Source of the DNA: Octopus bimaculoides
Taxonomy: Eukaryota
Length of the DNA stretch: 64,000 nt
Assembly: GCF_001194135.2 (NCBI RefSeq)
Contig: NC_068984.1
Span: 41,118,982 to 41,182,981, forward strand
Direction: 5' to 3'
The notes under the pieces were generated by a model. It searched no databases. It saw only the letters and a program-made list of their open reading frames with translations, and was not told the origin of the DNA. The translations under genes and the position numbers were made by a program. Below are positions 1 to 11,470 of this stretch, one piece after another. How positions within the stretch are numbered: the first letter of the stretch is position 1; every line of letters begins with the position of its first letter.

Positions 1-2451
1 GTGGGATTCCGTAAAAAGAAAAAAAATTTAAAAGGGGGGGGGGGTATACCCAGATTACATATACTCCATCTCCACCACTGTAAGAGCGTATAGACAAAAA
101 TATAAGTACATTTCGTGGTTTCCATTTCAGTTTTTTATATTTTCTAAAAATTTGTTTCGATGTGTTACTAGAATTAAAAAAAAACCCACTTCCCTCTATG
201 TAAGCAAATGAGAGATAAGCGTACTGATACCTGTCAGATAGATACAGTGTTACATTGCCGGGGAGGGGCATAAGTGCACAGATATTTGAGTCAGTGAGGT
301 ATGCGCGCACGGTATGGTGGGATTTTTTCTTTTTTTTTTCTAGTTTGGTTCACAAATTCTACAGAAGAAATTGATTTTTTTTCTTTTCTATTTTTTTTGT
401 TGTTTTATGAATGTTGATACTTCACAATATTCATAAAAATAAAATATACCAACAAGACTAACGAGGGGAAAAAAATTGAATATGTTCAACACAAATTAAA
501 TAGTACGCTTGCTATGCATTGATAAAATTACAAGATCCCCCCCCCCCACCGTAAAAAGCGTCAATGTTCATAAAATTTCTAGTTATACAGCGAGATAAAA
601 GTGAGAAATTTAATTTCATTAATAAGTAAATCGAACATTTGCTGCACTGTATTTCTATGACCACGCTTCTAGTTGTAATACTGAAATGTAAAGAAACTCG
701 CTGTTTGATTGTATAGAGCAGTCGTGGACAACCTGAGCCCACGGTATTTTCTGAATGGTATACCTAAAGAAAAATTACCTTGAATCTTTTTGGCAATGCG
801 GTCCGCCTACGGATGAGCCACTCTCATGCAGGCCCACACCTCGGAAGAGGAGGCTCATCGGAAAACACACTACTTACTTTTCAACAAACGCAACACAACG
901 TATTTTCCTTGCATAATGTATCTAGGACAATATTATAGCGTGTTCTTTTATTAAAACGATATTTGTGTGTCTTGAAAGAGATTTGGCTCTATTTCTAGCA
1001 CGTCAGTAGACTACATTAGAGTTTGTTTTTTGTTTTTTTGTCGGGCGCTGGATTTGTTTTGGTGAAAAGTGAAACTTACATGTGCAAAATAGGACTTGTG
1101 CCTTCTCGCTTCGCTCATACAAGATTTTGTTAAGAGCACTTTAGCCACTCAATGTAGAAAAATATCCAATGACTACTCAGTTTGTTATTCTACCTCATAA
1201 AAATTCTACATTTTCTACTCAATAATTTGTCTAGTGTTACCAAAAACAAAATTCTAAAAATAGCCGCCTTAATTTTGATATGGTGTTAGCGGATCGCATG
1301 CAAAACTAACCGTAGTACAGTGTGGAAAAATAAATTCTTCCGCGGTTATCAAAGATACCGTCAAATATCGCTCAAAAAATACATTTACTGTCATAAAAAA
1401 AAAAAACGCATGGACATATAGTAAGGTAGTATTAAATATACAGTGAATGCAAAAATGCAGAATAGTCAGGGCTGGAATGCCCTGATTCTAGGTCTGTTCA
1501 TACAGGGCTGACCTGAGGCTAAAAAAATAACTACCTGAATTGACAACCAACTTATATAGGTTTATATCTAAACGTTAGTTTACATTTAAAATCAAGTGTG
1601 AATCAGTCATTTGGATACGTTTTTATTGGTCCTAACCAGTGGTATGTCACAGTTTTAACATAACAAAGCATCAGGTATGTTGCATACAGACTGCGATTGT
1701 TATCAACAACAACGGGGTAATTGTTATTCTACAACAATAGACAGCAGTCACAGTAGCAAGTTTTCACATGGGTAGTACTTTGAAAGGAAATCTGATACTT
1801 AAAATGTAAAAGAAACGTTCGTAGTCGAAAAAATATTAACACAAGTCCCCTTCCAGTGTTCTGAATTTAAATCTAGCGGTGTTATAACTTTATTTTCCTC
1901 CGAAGTCAATAAAATGAATTCTAGTTCGATTCGATTGTCAATGCTTTTACACAAAAATTGTTACCATCATTATTGTTATTGTTGTTGCATAAACTAAACA
2001 ACTGATTAAGCGTCAGAAAGATAATGATTTCTTTCTATATTCTAAAGAAATATCATTAAATAGAGGCCAACAAAATAAATACAATAAAATGTAAATGGGT
2101 TATACTGAATCAAAAATAAACTCAATTACATCGTCACATTCACACCTGTATAACTAAATACAATTAATATCAACAACAACAAAATATAGATTTTAATTTG
2201 TAGAGTAGTAAGAAGGAAGAAAAGTAATCTCTTTCATGTACTTACATTAAAATATAGTTTCTAGCGATACTCCACAACCTTCAAGGTATTTTGACTCCAA
2301 GATCAAATGAACCTGAATACACAAAATAAAAATTGAAGATTAAATGGAATTCAAAAGGGGTAGATAATCTATCCTTACTTCCTGTTTCCAATATCCGGTA
2401 GCCATTAGCACATGGTGTATATTGTGGAAAGTAGCAACGTGTTAGTCTACG

Positions 2452-4565
2452 ATGTCGACGGCTAAATCAAGAAAACGAGCTTATATAGACGTTGAGAGCA
2501 GATTTGAGAATATTGGATCAAGTGATGATTCTGATGTCTCAGACGATGAAGGAAATTCCTTTTATTCTAAAAGTCTTGTTAGTGAAAAGTTAATTGAAGA
2601 ATGGCAAGATAAAATCTCTAAACCCACGCCAACTTTACTTCATGATATTATCGGTGCTTTTGCTGGCGCAGTTGAACAGATTCAAGATNNNNNNNNNNNN
2701 NNNNNNNNNNNNNNNNNNNNNNNNNNNNNNNNNNNNNNNNNNNNNNNNNNNNNNNNNNNNNNNNNNNNNNNNNNNNNNNNNNNNNNNNTCATGATATTAT
2801 CGGTGCTTTTGCTGGCGCAGTTGAACAGATTCAAGATAAATCTGATGATACTAAAATTGCGGTAAAGAACATTACGGTATTTAATGATCTTGTTAAATTA
2901 TGCCTTTTAAAAATTGAACCATCACTTCAATCAATTTTAAATTTACCTCCTACCAAAGACATTCGCCATTATACAAAACCAAATAAAAGTAGTAAATGGA
3001 AAACAGTCTCAGCAGATGTCAAAGTCTATTTATCGAGTTTAGTGAAAATGCTAAAGAATATATCTGAGACTTCAATGATTGATATACTTTTGAAACATGT
3101 TCATAAGATGGCGATATACTTTTCTATGTCGAACCGACTGTCCAAAGATCTTGTTGAACACCTCATAACAGTTTGGGGTTCGGCAGAAGATACTACTAGA
3201 ATTTTAGCATTTCTTTGTATTAACAAACTTATCATTATGCGAGACAACTCAATATTGGAATTGTGCCTCAAAAGAATGTATGCAGAATATGTAAGTAATT
3301 GTAAATTCACTTCTCCAACTCTTTTACCAAATATTACATTCATGCAGAGATCTCTCGTCGAAATTCTGAAAATAGACGAAAAAGTCACATATCAGCATGC
3401 TTTTGTTTACATTCATCAACAAGCTATACATCTAAGAAATGCGTTAACTTTAAAAAAGAAAGATCTTTGCCAAACTGTTTATAATTGGCAATATATTCGT
3501 TGTCTTGAACTGTGGAGTACTCTGGTAAGTTCTTCTCCCCAAATCACTGTGTTAGAGAATCTAATATACCCATTAATTGAAGTGATTACTGGAGTTATTA
3601 AGTTAGTTCTGAGCGTTCGCTTCTATCCTCTGCACTTTCATTGCATAGCTATGTTAAACAAAATTTCTGCCAGTACCAGTAAATTTATTCCAACATTACC
3701 CTTTATCCTTGAAACTCTTGAATATTTGGATTTAAACAAAAAATGTTCCAAAGTTGCCCTGAAACCGATATGTTTTACCTATGTATTGAAAATGACGAAA
3801 TCTCAAGTTCAAGAAAAAACCTTCAAAGATACTGTAATCGAGCAAGTTTACGAACACATGTTAACTTGCCTTAACATCGTTTCCCATTCGATCAGTTTCC
3901 CTGAGTTAGTATTTCCTGCGCAAATTCAAATAAAGGATGTATTAAAGAACTGTAAAGTTCCAAACTATAGCAAACAATTAAAGCAGTTATACGAGAAAAT
4001 TGAAGAAAATTCCAAATTTATTTCAACACGTCGTAATTCTTTCAGCTTGAATTTATCCGATACAAAAGCAATAAATTCTTGGGAGAGGCAATGCAAAGAG
4101 CAGGTACCACCTATTCTGAAATTCTTCCGAGTTTGGCGAAAGTTATGCGATGGAGAAATTGCGCATCAAGTAGCAGCCAAAGATTCTATTATCGATTTTG
4201 GAAATTTCGAGGATATCAGAGCCAAAAAGGAGCCAATTAAAAAAGCAACGCAACAGGAAAAACGAGAGTTTAGCGCTTTATTTGACAGTGTTGATAAGTA
4301 TAATTTTGAAGATATATTTAAATTTGATTTGAAAAAGAATGCTGATTCCAAGAAAAAGAAAGCTGGCGATAATGAAAAGAACATTAATGGAAATGCACAA
4401 AGCAAGAAAACAAAAACCAGTGATGAAAACGAGAAGGGTAATGGGAATGAACAAAAAAAGAAAAAATCCAGTGATAGGAAAAAGGATGGTAAAAAAATAA
4501 AACCCAAAAGTGTCACTGGTAAAAAGAAAAAACTCAATAGATTTGGAGGTTTGAAAATGATTTAA
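2452..4565 (+). CDS. NOC2L: Nucleolar complex protein 2 homolog, single coding exon (654 aa after collapsing the gap artefact)
   Basis: N-terminus MSTAKSRKR...SSDDSDVSDDE and the NOC2 core (VWGSAEDTTRILAFLCI, LKRMYAEYVSNCKFTSP, FMQRSLVE, YQHAFVYIHQQAIHLRNA, VYNWQY, SISFPELVFP) are recognisable. Bases 2640-2688 are repeated at 2789-2837 across 100 N; removing 2689-2837 joins 79 + 576 codons in one frame. Confidence 0.93.
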
Positions 4566-4603
4566 GGAAATGTTGCAACTTTAAGTCTCTCTATCAATGG
4601 AAA

Positions 4604-4609
4604 AATAAA
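4604..4609 (+). terminator. Candidate poly(A) signal of NOC2L (second AATAAA at 4740-4745)
   Basis: AATAAA about 40 nt after the TAA stop. Confidence 0.45.
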
Positions 4610-5329
4610 CTTGTTTTCAATCAAATGTTGCTAACAATCAGTTTTTCAGATGGTTATCTTAATATAATTAAGGTATCACTACCATCATTTCAGGTTTCAA
4701 CAGATTATCTCTTACTTACAAACATTTCTTTCCACGTACAATAAAACTAAAGGATAAGCGAAGGATCTTGTATTTTTGAAGAAAATGAGGTGTATATAGA
4801 TACATCATGGTTGCATGAAATACTGAAACAAAAACTAAATATTGCTTATGTTTTAAGAATTACATCATTTACAAATTTCTGCTAACTCATGTAAATACTT
4901 TTAAGTTTTCTAAATGTTTTTTTTTTCTCTTACTAAACATGCTTTTAAAATGAGAGTGTTTTTACTTGTAAATAATACTCTCATACATCATTATATCTTA
5001 AACTTAATTTTTAAAAGGTTCCTTTACATTTTTGTTTCATCATTTCGTTAAGTGGAAATTTTCAAATTTTGTGTATTGATGTAATTTTTTATGCTGAGTC
5101 TAATTTTGTTATTCACTTGTTCCAGAATAATTTTAGAAAAGTGTTACAGAGGTTTAAAATTTGATCATTTTTACCCAATCAGAAAACAGCATTTGGAAGC
5201 TGGCATTTTCTGTGTGAAAGCTGTCTATTGCAACATTACCACAACAACAATTAATGCATTTTTTGTAGCAAAAATTCAAACACTAAAGTTGGAGACAGAC
5301 ACTCTAGGAGTTTCTAAAACAAATTACAA

Positions 5330-5870
5330 TTTTTGTATCTCCTGCACCATATAAACTCACTGAGATACAAGTCAATCATAGTCCCACAGTGTTGTTTAAC
5401 CCTTCATTTTACACAGGCCATAATGCTTTTTTTTTTCTCCACTTGTGTGTGGGTACCATCTTTTTGAGTTGATAGGCTCAACACTGTGGTTCACTGTTTG
5501 ATGTTGAAAATTATAACCATCAATTTCAGGAATTTGAGAGAAGGCCCTCCACAAGTCACTGAAAATTGTAGTTCCTGGATGAACCAATGACGTATGCATC
5601 CTTCTAGTGTGTGTCTGGTCTTGCAACACACACCTCCAAAAGCCCCACTGTTCAGCATGCACTCTTCCTTGGTTGTATTTACCTCTTGTGAAGACTGTTT
5701 TGTCTATCTCAGTAATCTTCCCAAGACCACTTATCTGAACTGGGTTGCAGAGCAGATCCTCTGCACATATTTCACAAACTTAGTTGTTGTAATCAACAGC
5801 TGTCCAGTGGCTCATCTCCAGTTCTTCAATACAAAACTAGACAGAATTCAATTCCTTGACCCATGAGTAA
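5330..5870 (-). mobile_element. Degenerate Merlin (IS1595/ISXO2-like DDE) transposase fragment
   Basis: Minus-strand frames give EIDKTVFTRGKYNQGRVHAEQWGFW and HPGTTIFSDLWRAF...YNFQHQTVNHS. These match Merlin motifs (EIDESKF..RKYN.GR, PGT.I.SD.W..Y, H.TVNHS). Frameshifted; boundaries approximate. Confidence 0.8.
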
Positions 5871-7203
5871 AGGTAAAAGAGCAGTACAGATCTAAGAGGA
5901 AGAGTGCCACCTTCCAGCCATGTATCATTTCTGACAGACACACTTGTTGCATCCTTTGTGGGAGCACTGCCAGGAAATTTCATATTATGTTTATCTGTAC
6001 ATAGTGTTTTTCATTTAGGAATAACACCCTTCCTTCACAAGTAAAAAACCACACCCTCCTTGGTTTTCAATTTCTTCATACTTGAAAGGTTAAATGAGTT
6101 GATTGCAGTCATACTTCTTAATAGTGTCAGGACAGCAATGGAAAATATCAGTTTCTCAAAAAAAAACCACAGGTAAAAATGACAAGAATGAGATAGTACA
6201 AATGTTCAGAAAATAGGCACTCATCAAAGAAAATACTCATGGTTATAATAGTTTTAAGTAGACAACAGCTTGGTTTATTACTATGGAAACAGGCACCAAT
6301 GTATCTGTGGCTTTCAATTGGTTAAAATTACCCAAAATTTGCATATTTTGAAAGCTATTAATTTTTTATTAATTTATGGCAATTAATTAGCGTACAAAGC
6401 TACATTAGTACTAAATTTGAAAACAAATGGAACAAAATTTAAAGAATAGAAAACTGTGACATCAACAGAACAGATCCATGTTTCTAATTGAATAATTATT
6501 ATAAATTAGCTAAAGAGATTTTTTTTTCTCTTAAATTAAAAGTAGACAATATTAGATTAAGTATTTCATGCAGTCCTTCATGTATCTATATACTCACAAA
6601 TTCCTTGAATATATGCTGTGATCCTCCACATTTACCGACTGAAATATTGAAAAATGTTCTCTGAAGCAATAGGAATTTCGGCATTTTGTCATTGGCTATT
6701 TACAATTCTTATGTTCCATATTCAAATCTCTGGATTTCAATGCTATAATTTAATTGCAATCTTTATCATTTGCGTTATGCAATTATAACAATTGTTAATT
6801 ATTAATAAATATGTTTATAAGTATTGTTGATAATTATGTTATGTAACATGCTGCTATCATTTATGATTACATGATTGTTTCTGAAACAATTCCTTGTGAG
6901 TGAATTTGGTAGGCAGAAACTGGAAACATCATATGTTTTCGTTTGTTTACATCTTCTTAGTGGTTCAGTAAAAGAGACCAATAGAATTACTACCAGATTT
7001 AACAAAACAAAGAAAAGAATGTAACTACTGGGGCCAATTTGTTCAGTTAAACCCTTCGGCTGCTGTCCAATGACATCAAAGAAACCTGTTTTGTCTTCTT
7101 ACGAACTTCTAATTCTTCCTTATAACAATTGAGCACTACCATTACAGGTCCTGTAACTTCTTTGGTTCAAAGTTTGGAACTTATGGTTCTGTTAACTTCT
7201 TAA

Positions 7204-7414
7204 CCTTTTAGCATTTAAACTTATCACATGTGGTCCAAATAGCCTGCCTTCATTTTTGGTCAAACCACCAGATCTAGCCCTTCACACCTACCCTACATTG
7301 TCATTCTAAAAAATTATAGCATTGAAATCTCAAAGCTATAAGATAGTAACAGGATAAATTTAAAACAATGTGAATAAATGTTACATTTGGCAGAGTAATC
7401 AGAATGTTAAGGGG
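7204..7414 (+). mobile_element. piggyBac-type MITE
   Basis: TTAA on both sides, ends CCTTTTAGCATT...AATGTTAAGGGG; same family as 14352-14571 and 18117-18334. Confidence 0.65.
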
Positions 7415-10102
7415 TTAAAGTTTTTGTAGGTATAGGTGATATTCAGGATATTTATCATGGAAAAATTCAGAATATCACCTGCATCAATAGAATAAGAAAT
7501 AAGCAATGGCTTAAATTTCATATCCTCGTTGGTATTTGCCTAATGGGCCTTCCTTCTTTGCACCATTTGTTGAAACAATGACTGATCATGACTATTAAAG
7601 CTTATTCTATAGAACATCTTAATTACATTTAGATTCAGTTTTTTTCCAAAGCTTAATGGGACATGTGTGCTTAACTTCCCAAGCTTCTTCAATACTTTTT
7701 TGTTGCTTGCATCTTGTAATTTTTCCAGAATTCTTTGTCAGAGTAACATTTATCAGTCACTCAACCAACTGACTTGAAAATTGATCTAATAGGCCAGGCC
7801 AGGCTGCAGTAGTGAAGTAATGGTTGATGGAAGAATGAAAACAACTCCAACAGGAAATCACATTTTCATGTGTAACTAGATTTGAAGGATGACCAAAAAA
7901 ATACCATGTCTTGAAAATTTGCAATCAGATTAACCCTATTCTACAATCTTCCTGCTATAATGGTCTGAAATGGCCTGTAATGTTAAGAGCACTTTTCCTT
8001 TCAGACTTGTAAAAAGAAAAACTTCCAAGAACTCTTATTCATCTGTGGGTATGGAGAACTTTTACTTGTATAGAATACAAGTTATACATCTTGAATCTTT
8101 TGAAATAAAGCAAAATATAAACTTCAGTTTTCCCATCAAAATAACAATATCACCAAATTAATTAAATAAATGTTTTATTAGATTGAAAAATTCAAATTGC
8201 TTTACAATATTTGGTTTATATTTGATGTCAACAGTATATTTTTGTTCAGTAAAAAGAAACAAATGCTACTGCAAATTACAAAATATCCAAACTCTTCACA
8301 CAAAATTATAAAATGAAAACTTTATGCTAGAATTAGGATAGTCTGCACACAATAGTAGAAACGAGAAGCTTTGCAATTTTGTACACAATCAAACATTGAA
8401 AAAAAAATTTTTTTAATATAATGTGGAGAGGAGTAAAATAAAATAATGACTGAGTTTCTTGTTTTTTTTTAAAATTTTTATATTGAGCATGATTAAAGGA
8501 TCAAAAGAGGCTTACAACTAGCTAAAACTACTGCAAGGTAACCCTGTAATTTATGATTCTGTGTTCAAATCTCATTAGAATTAGCAGGTATCATTAGTAG
8601 TCTTACTGAATGAATTCACTCAACTAAACTCCACCTATAAAAGGATTTAAGCAACTAAGTAAAAAAAAAATTAAATGTCCAGATCTTCATGTGTAGCTTC
8701 ACAGCAGATAAATATAAGAAGGTCATCCACAAATGGTTACTTAGATATTGGGTGACCTGTGTAGGGTGTTTTTGTTTTGTTATTCATATACAAGTTAGTA
8801 TAAATTAATTAAAGAACATAGTTGGTACCTTAGAATGACCACAGCCAAAACGTTGGAGTCTAGACACATATCTGCAAATATGTCATGTCATCCATCCATA
8901 AAAATGTTATAGAAAATTTGTAAATATTTACTTCTGATCCATTAAAATAGAGAAGTGGTGATTTGAGATGCTTCCAATTTAGAAAACATTTTGAAAGAAT
9001 ATAATAATGAAGTGTAAAATATTCTGATAATACTTTTGAACAAGAAAGAATGTCTCTTGTCTTTCTTAACTTCGTAGTATACAAGTTTACTTGTTAATTG
9101 TCATATATAAAATGCACTAATTTTGGGGGTTGCCACCACAATATTTTGTATGAATACAATAAAGTGATATTGAAACTTTTTACTGTGAAAATCTGAAATT
9201 TTTCCACATACAACAGTAATTATGTCTCAGGTTATTTATTATAGTCATTGCAACCACTTCATTTACTGCAGATATTTTTTAAATATTCGAGAAACACTGC
9301 CCTTCAGTGTTTATCCCTATTTATGTAATATATATATCGTCTTTTTTTTTTATATATACAAAATTACATCAGCCCAATGTACTCGTCCCTGAAGATGGTA
9401 GGGTCTTGTTTAAGAGAAATTTGGTTGCTATTTGTAACAACTCAAGAAACCACAAAGAGACATTCTCTTGGTTCAAAGTAAACTTAATTCGTGACAATCC
9501 CATCTTTTTGTATACCAAGAACTACATTGTCCAATACATCCTACCAATTTAAGATGCCAAGATATGATTTGAGAGGATTTAGCTGCTATTTCTTGCAATT
9601 CAAGTGACTATTTAAAATCTCTCTTGTTGAACCCCAAGACCATCTGACATACCTTGACGTATGTGAGTCAACAATACAGTATGGAAGCCCAGATGTCTGC
9701 AAGAAAACTCTCTTATGCTTTCATATCATTCCTTCAAAGAGGTGGTTGGTGTAAGAGGCAAAGTGAGGTATGAGATACTTCTATTTCATTACATCAGAAA
9801 GGTAGTTCAGTAAAAGGAAGGGCTGATAGTATTTTAGCTACATACACAGATTTACATACATAAGCTCCATTATAATTAGAATTATTTAGTAAGTGTTAAA
9901 TTAAAGATTCACTATTTCTTTTTTTGTTTTAATCAAAATGGGAAATTCAACTTGGTCTGTAATTTTGTATTTGGAATAAATCCTTCGATTCAGTTCAACA
10001 AAATGCAAAGACGAACATTTTGCATAGAAATATGGAAATGTGTAATGCAGCTGTAGATATCTGATTTGATAAAAAACAGAAAATGGTGTTAACAGAATTT
10101 TT

Positions 10103-10425
10103 TTAATTAATATGCTTATAAAGTAAATAGCCCAAACCAATACCTAAACCTATTGTTGCCCATCGACTGAAAGATGAGCTTTTTAATATTGATTGCCAAT
10201 ACATTGTTTTCCTAATGGTTTCAATTTCTTTCAATAAGCGACATACTGAAGCTCTCTCCAATTGCTGTTTCTGATACTTCAGTAAGTAAGGCCTTCGATC
10301 TTCAGAGAAGTAACGACTATCAATTCCTAGCATTACTAATCTGTTCAGCAGTGCAATAAGACTGATGTCTGCAGCAGTGAATCGAGAACCAAACAGCCAC
10401 AACTCTTGGTCATAGTCTGATGAGC
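10103..10425 (-). CDS. GDAP1: GDAP1 exon 5 (GST-C end plus C-terminal tail anchor)
   Basis: Acceptor ttttctag at 10426-10427; WLFGSRFTAADISLIALLNRL matches GDAP1 WLCGESFTLADVSL; tail WATIGLGIGLGYLLYKHIN*; phase 1. Confidence 0.92.
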
Positions 10426-10712
10426 CTAGAAAACAAAACAAAAAACAAAGCATGAGAATCAGTTACCACAGTTGAAAAACTGACAGGCATGATATTTTGT
10501 CTCGAAAATAAAATGGAAAAAATCAGAAAGAACATAATTTGTAGGCTAATCCTTTTATGACAGTTTAAAAAACTTTAAATCAAAGACATCCAATATCGTT
10601 CAGCATATGGAAATGTAATTAAGAAATTTGCTCTGCCACCACTATATGTTGTGAAACTTGCTGGAAACTTTTAATCAATGATGCTATTGTTTCCAAAAGG
10701 TGTTATGTGTGT

Positions 10713-11470
10713 GTGTATGTATATATATAAAACAAATAAATGAGTATATGCATATATACGTCTACCTGTATATATATAGATACATATCTGGGTACAGGAC
10801 ATTGCAAACAAAACGTAGACAAAAAAATAATAACCAGAGTACAGAACACACACAGGCCACAGAGAACATTTTCCTTGTGTGTGATAGTTGGATCATCACA
10901 TAGTTGATGGTATTTCAGATACTGAAATAAATATAAATTAGAAAACTTTTTTACAGCAGGATTAGAATTAAGATAGCTTGTAATGTAAACCTGTTTGTTT
11001 GAGGTTAGAAAGTTATTTAAAATGTCTTGCTTCACTACATTAAATATATTAAATCATTTTACACTAATCATTCTTTTTAAACTGTAACTACACAGGACAT
11101 GTGAAGGCTTGAAAGAAATGAAGCCTTGTATGACAGTGTAAATGGTTCAAGAGAAAAATTGGGTATAAGAGGCATTAGATGTAGTGTGCAAGAGAGAAGA
11201 CTGCATTGGTATGGTCATGTGATGTGTAAGGATGAAGACAGTGCATAAAGAAGTACCAATCTCAAATTGTGGAAGGAACTTTTGAAAGGGGTAGACCCAG
11301 GGGTGGCCTGTGTGTGTTCTGTACTCTGGTTATTATTTTTTTGTCTACGTTTTGTTTGCAATGTCCTGTACCCAGATATGTATCTATATATACAGGTAGA
11401 CGTAGGTATGCACATACCTGTACGTATATATGCATATACTCATTTATTTGTTTTATATATATACATACAC
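10713..11470. repeat. Near-perfect inverted repeat, arms 10713-10860 and 11303-11470
   Basis: The right arm is the reverse complement of the left, apart from a ~22-bp extra segment and one TA unit; spacer about 440 bp. Confidence 0.92.
11095..11302 (+). mobile_element. RTE-clade LINE fragment (C-terminal RT region)
   Basis: Decayed REKLGIRGIRCSVQERRLHWYGHVM...VEGTFERGRP; truncated where the inverted-repeat arm begins. Confidence 0.7.

Noticed and set aside
2689-2837. NOC2L as a frameshifted pseudogene
   Set aside because: The shift is fully explained by the duplicated 49-mer around a 100-N gap; the rest of the ORF has no stops.
3101-4537. Minus-strand ORFs 3101-3388 and 4166-4537 (hydrophobic, Phe-rich)
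   Set aside because: They are antisense shadows of NOC2L; the Phe/Leu richness mirrors its Lys/Glu-rich tail.
9385-9430. CTGAAGA...GAAA as another hammerhead
   Set aside because: No convincing stems II, III or I, and no properly placed NUH site.
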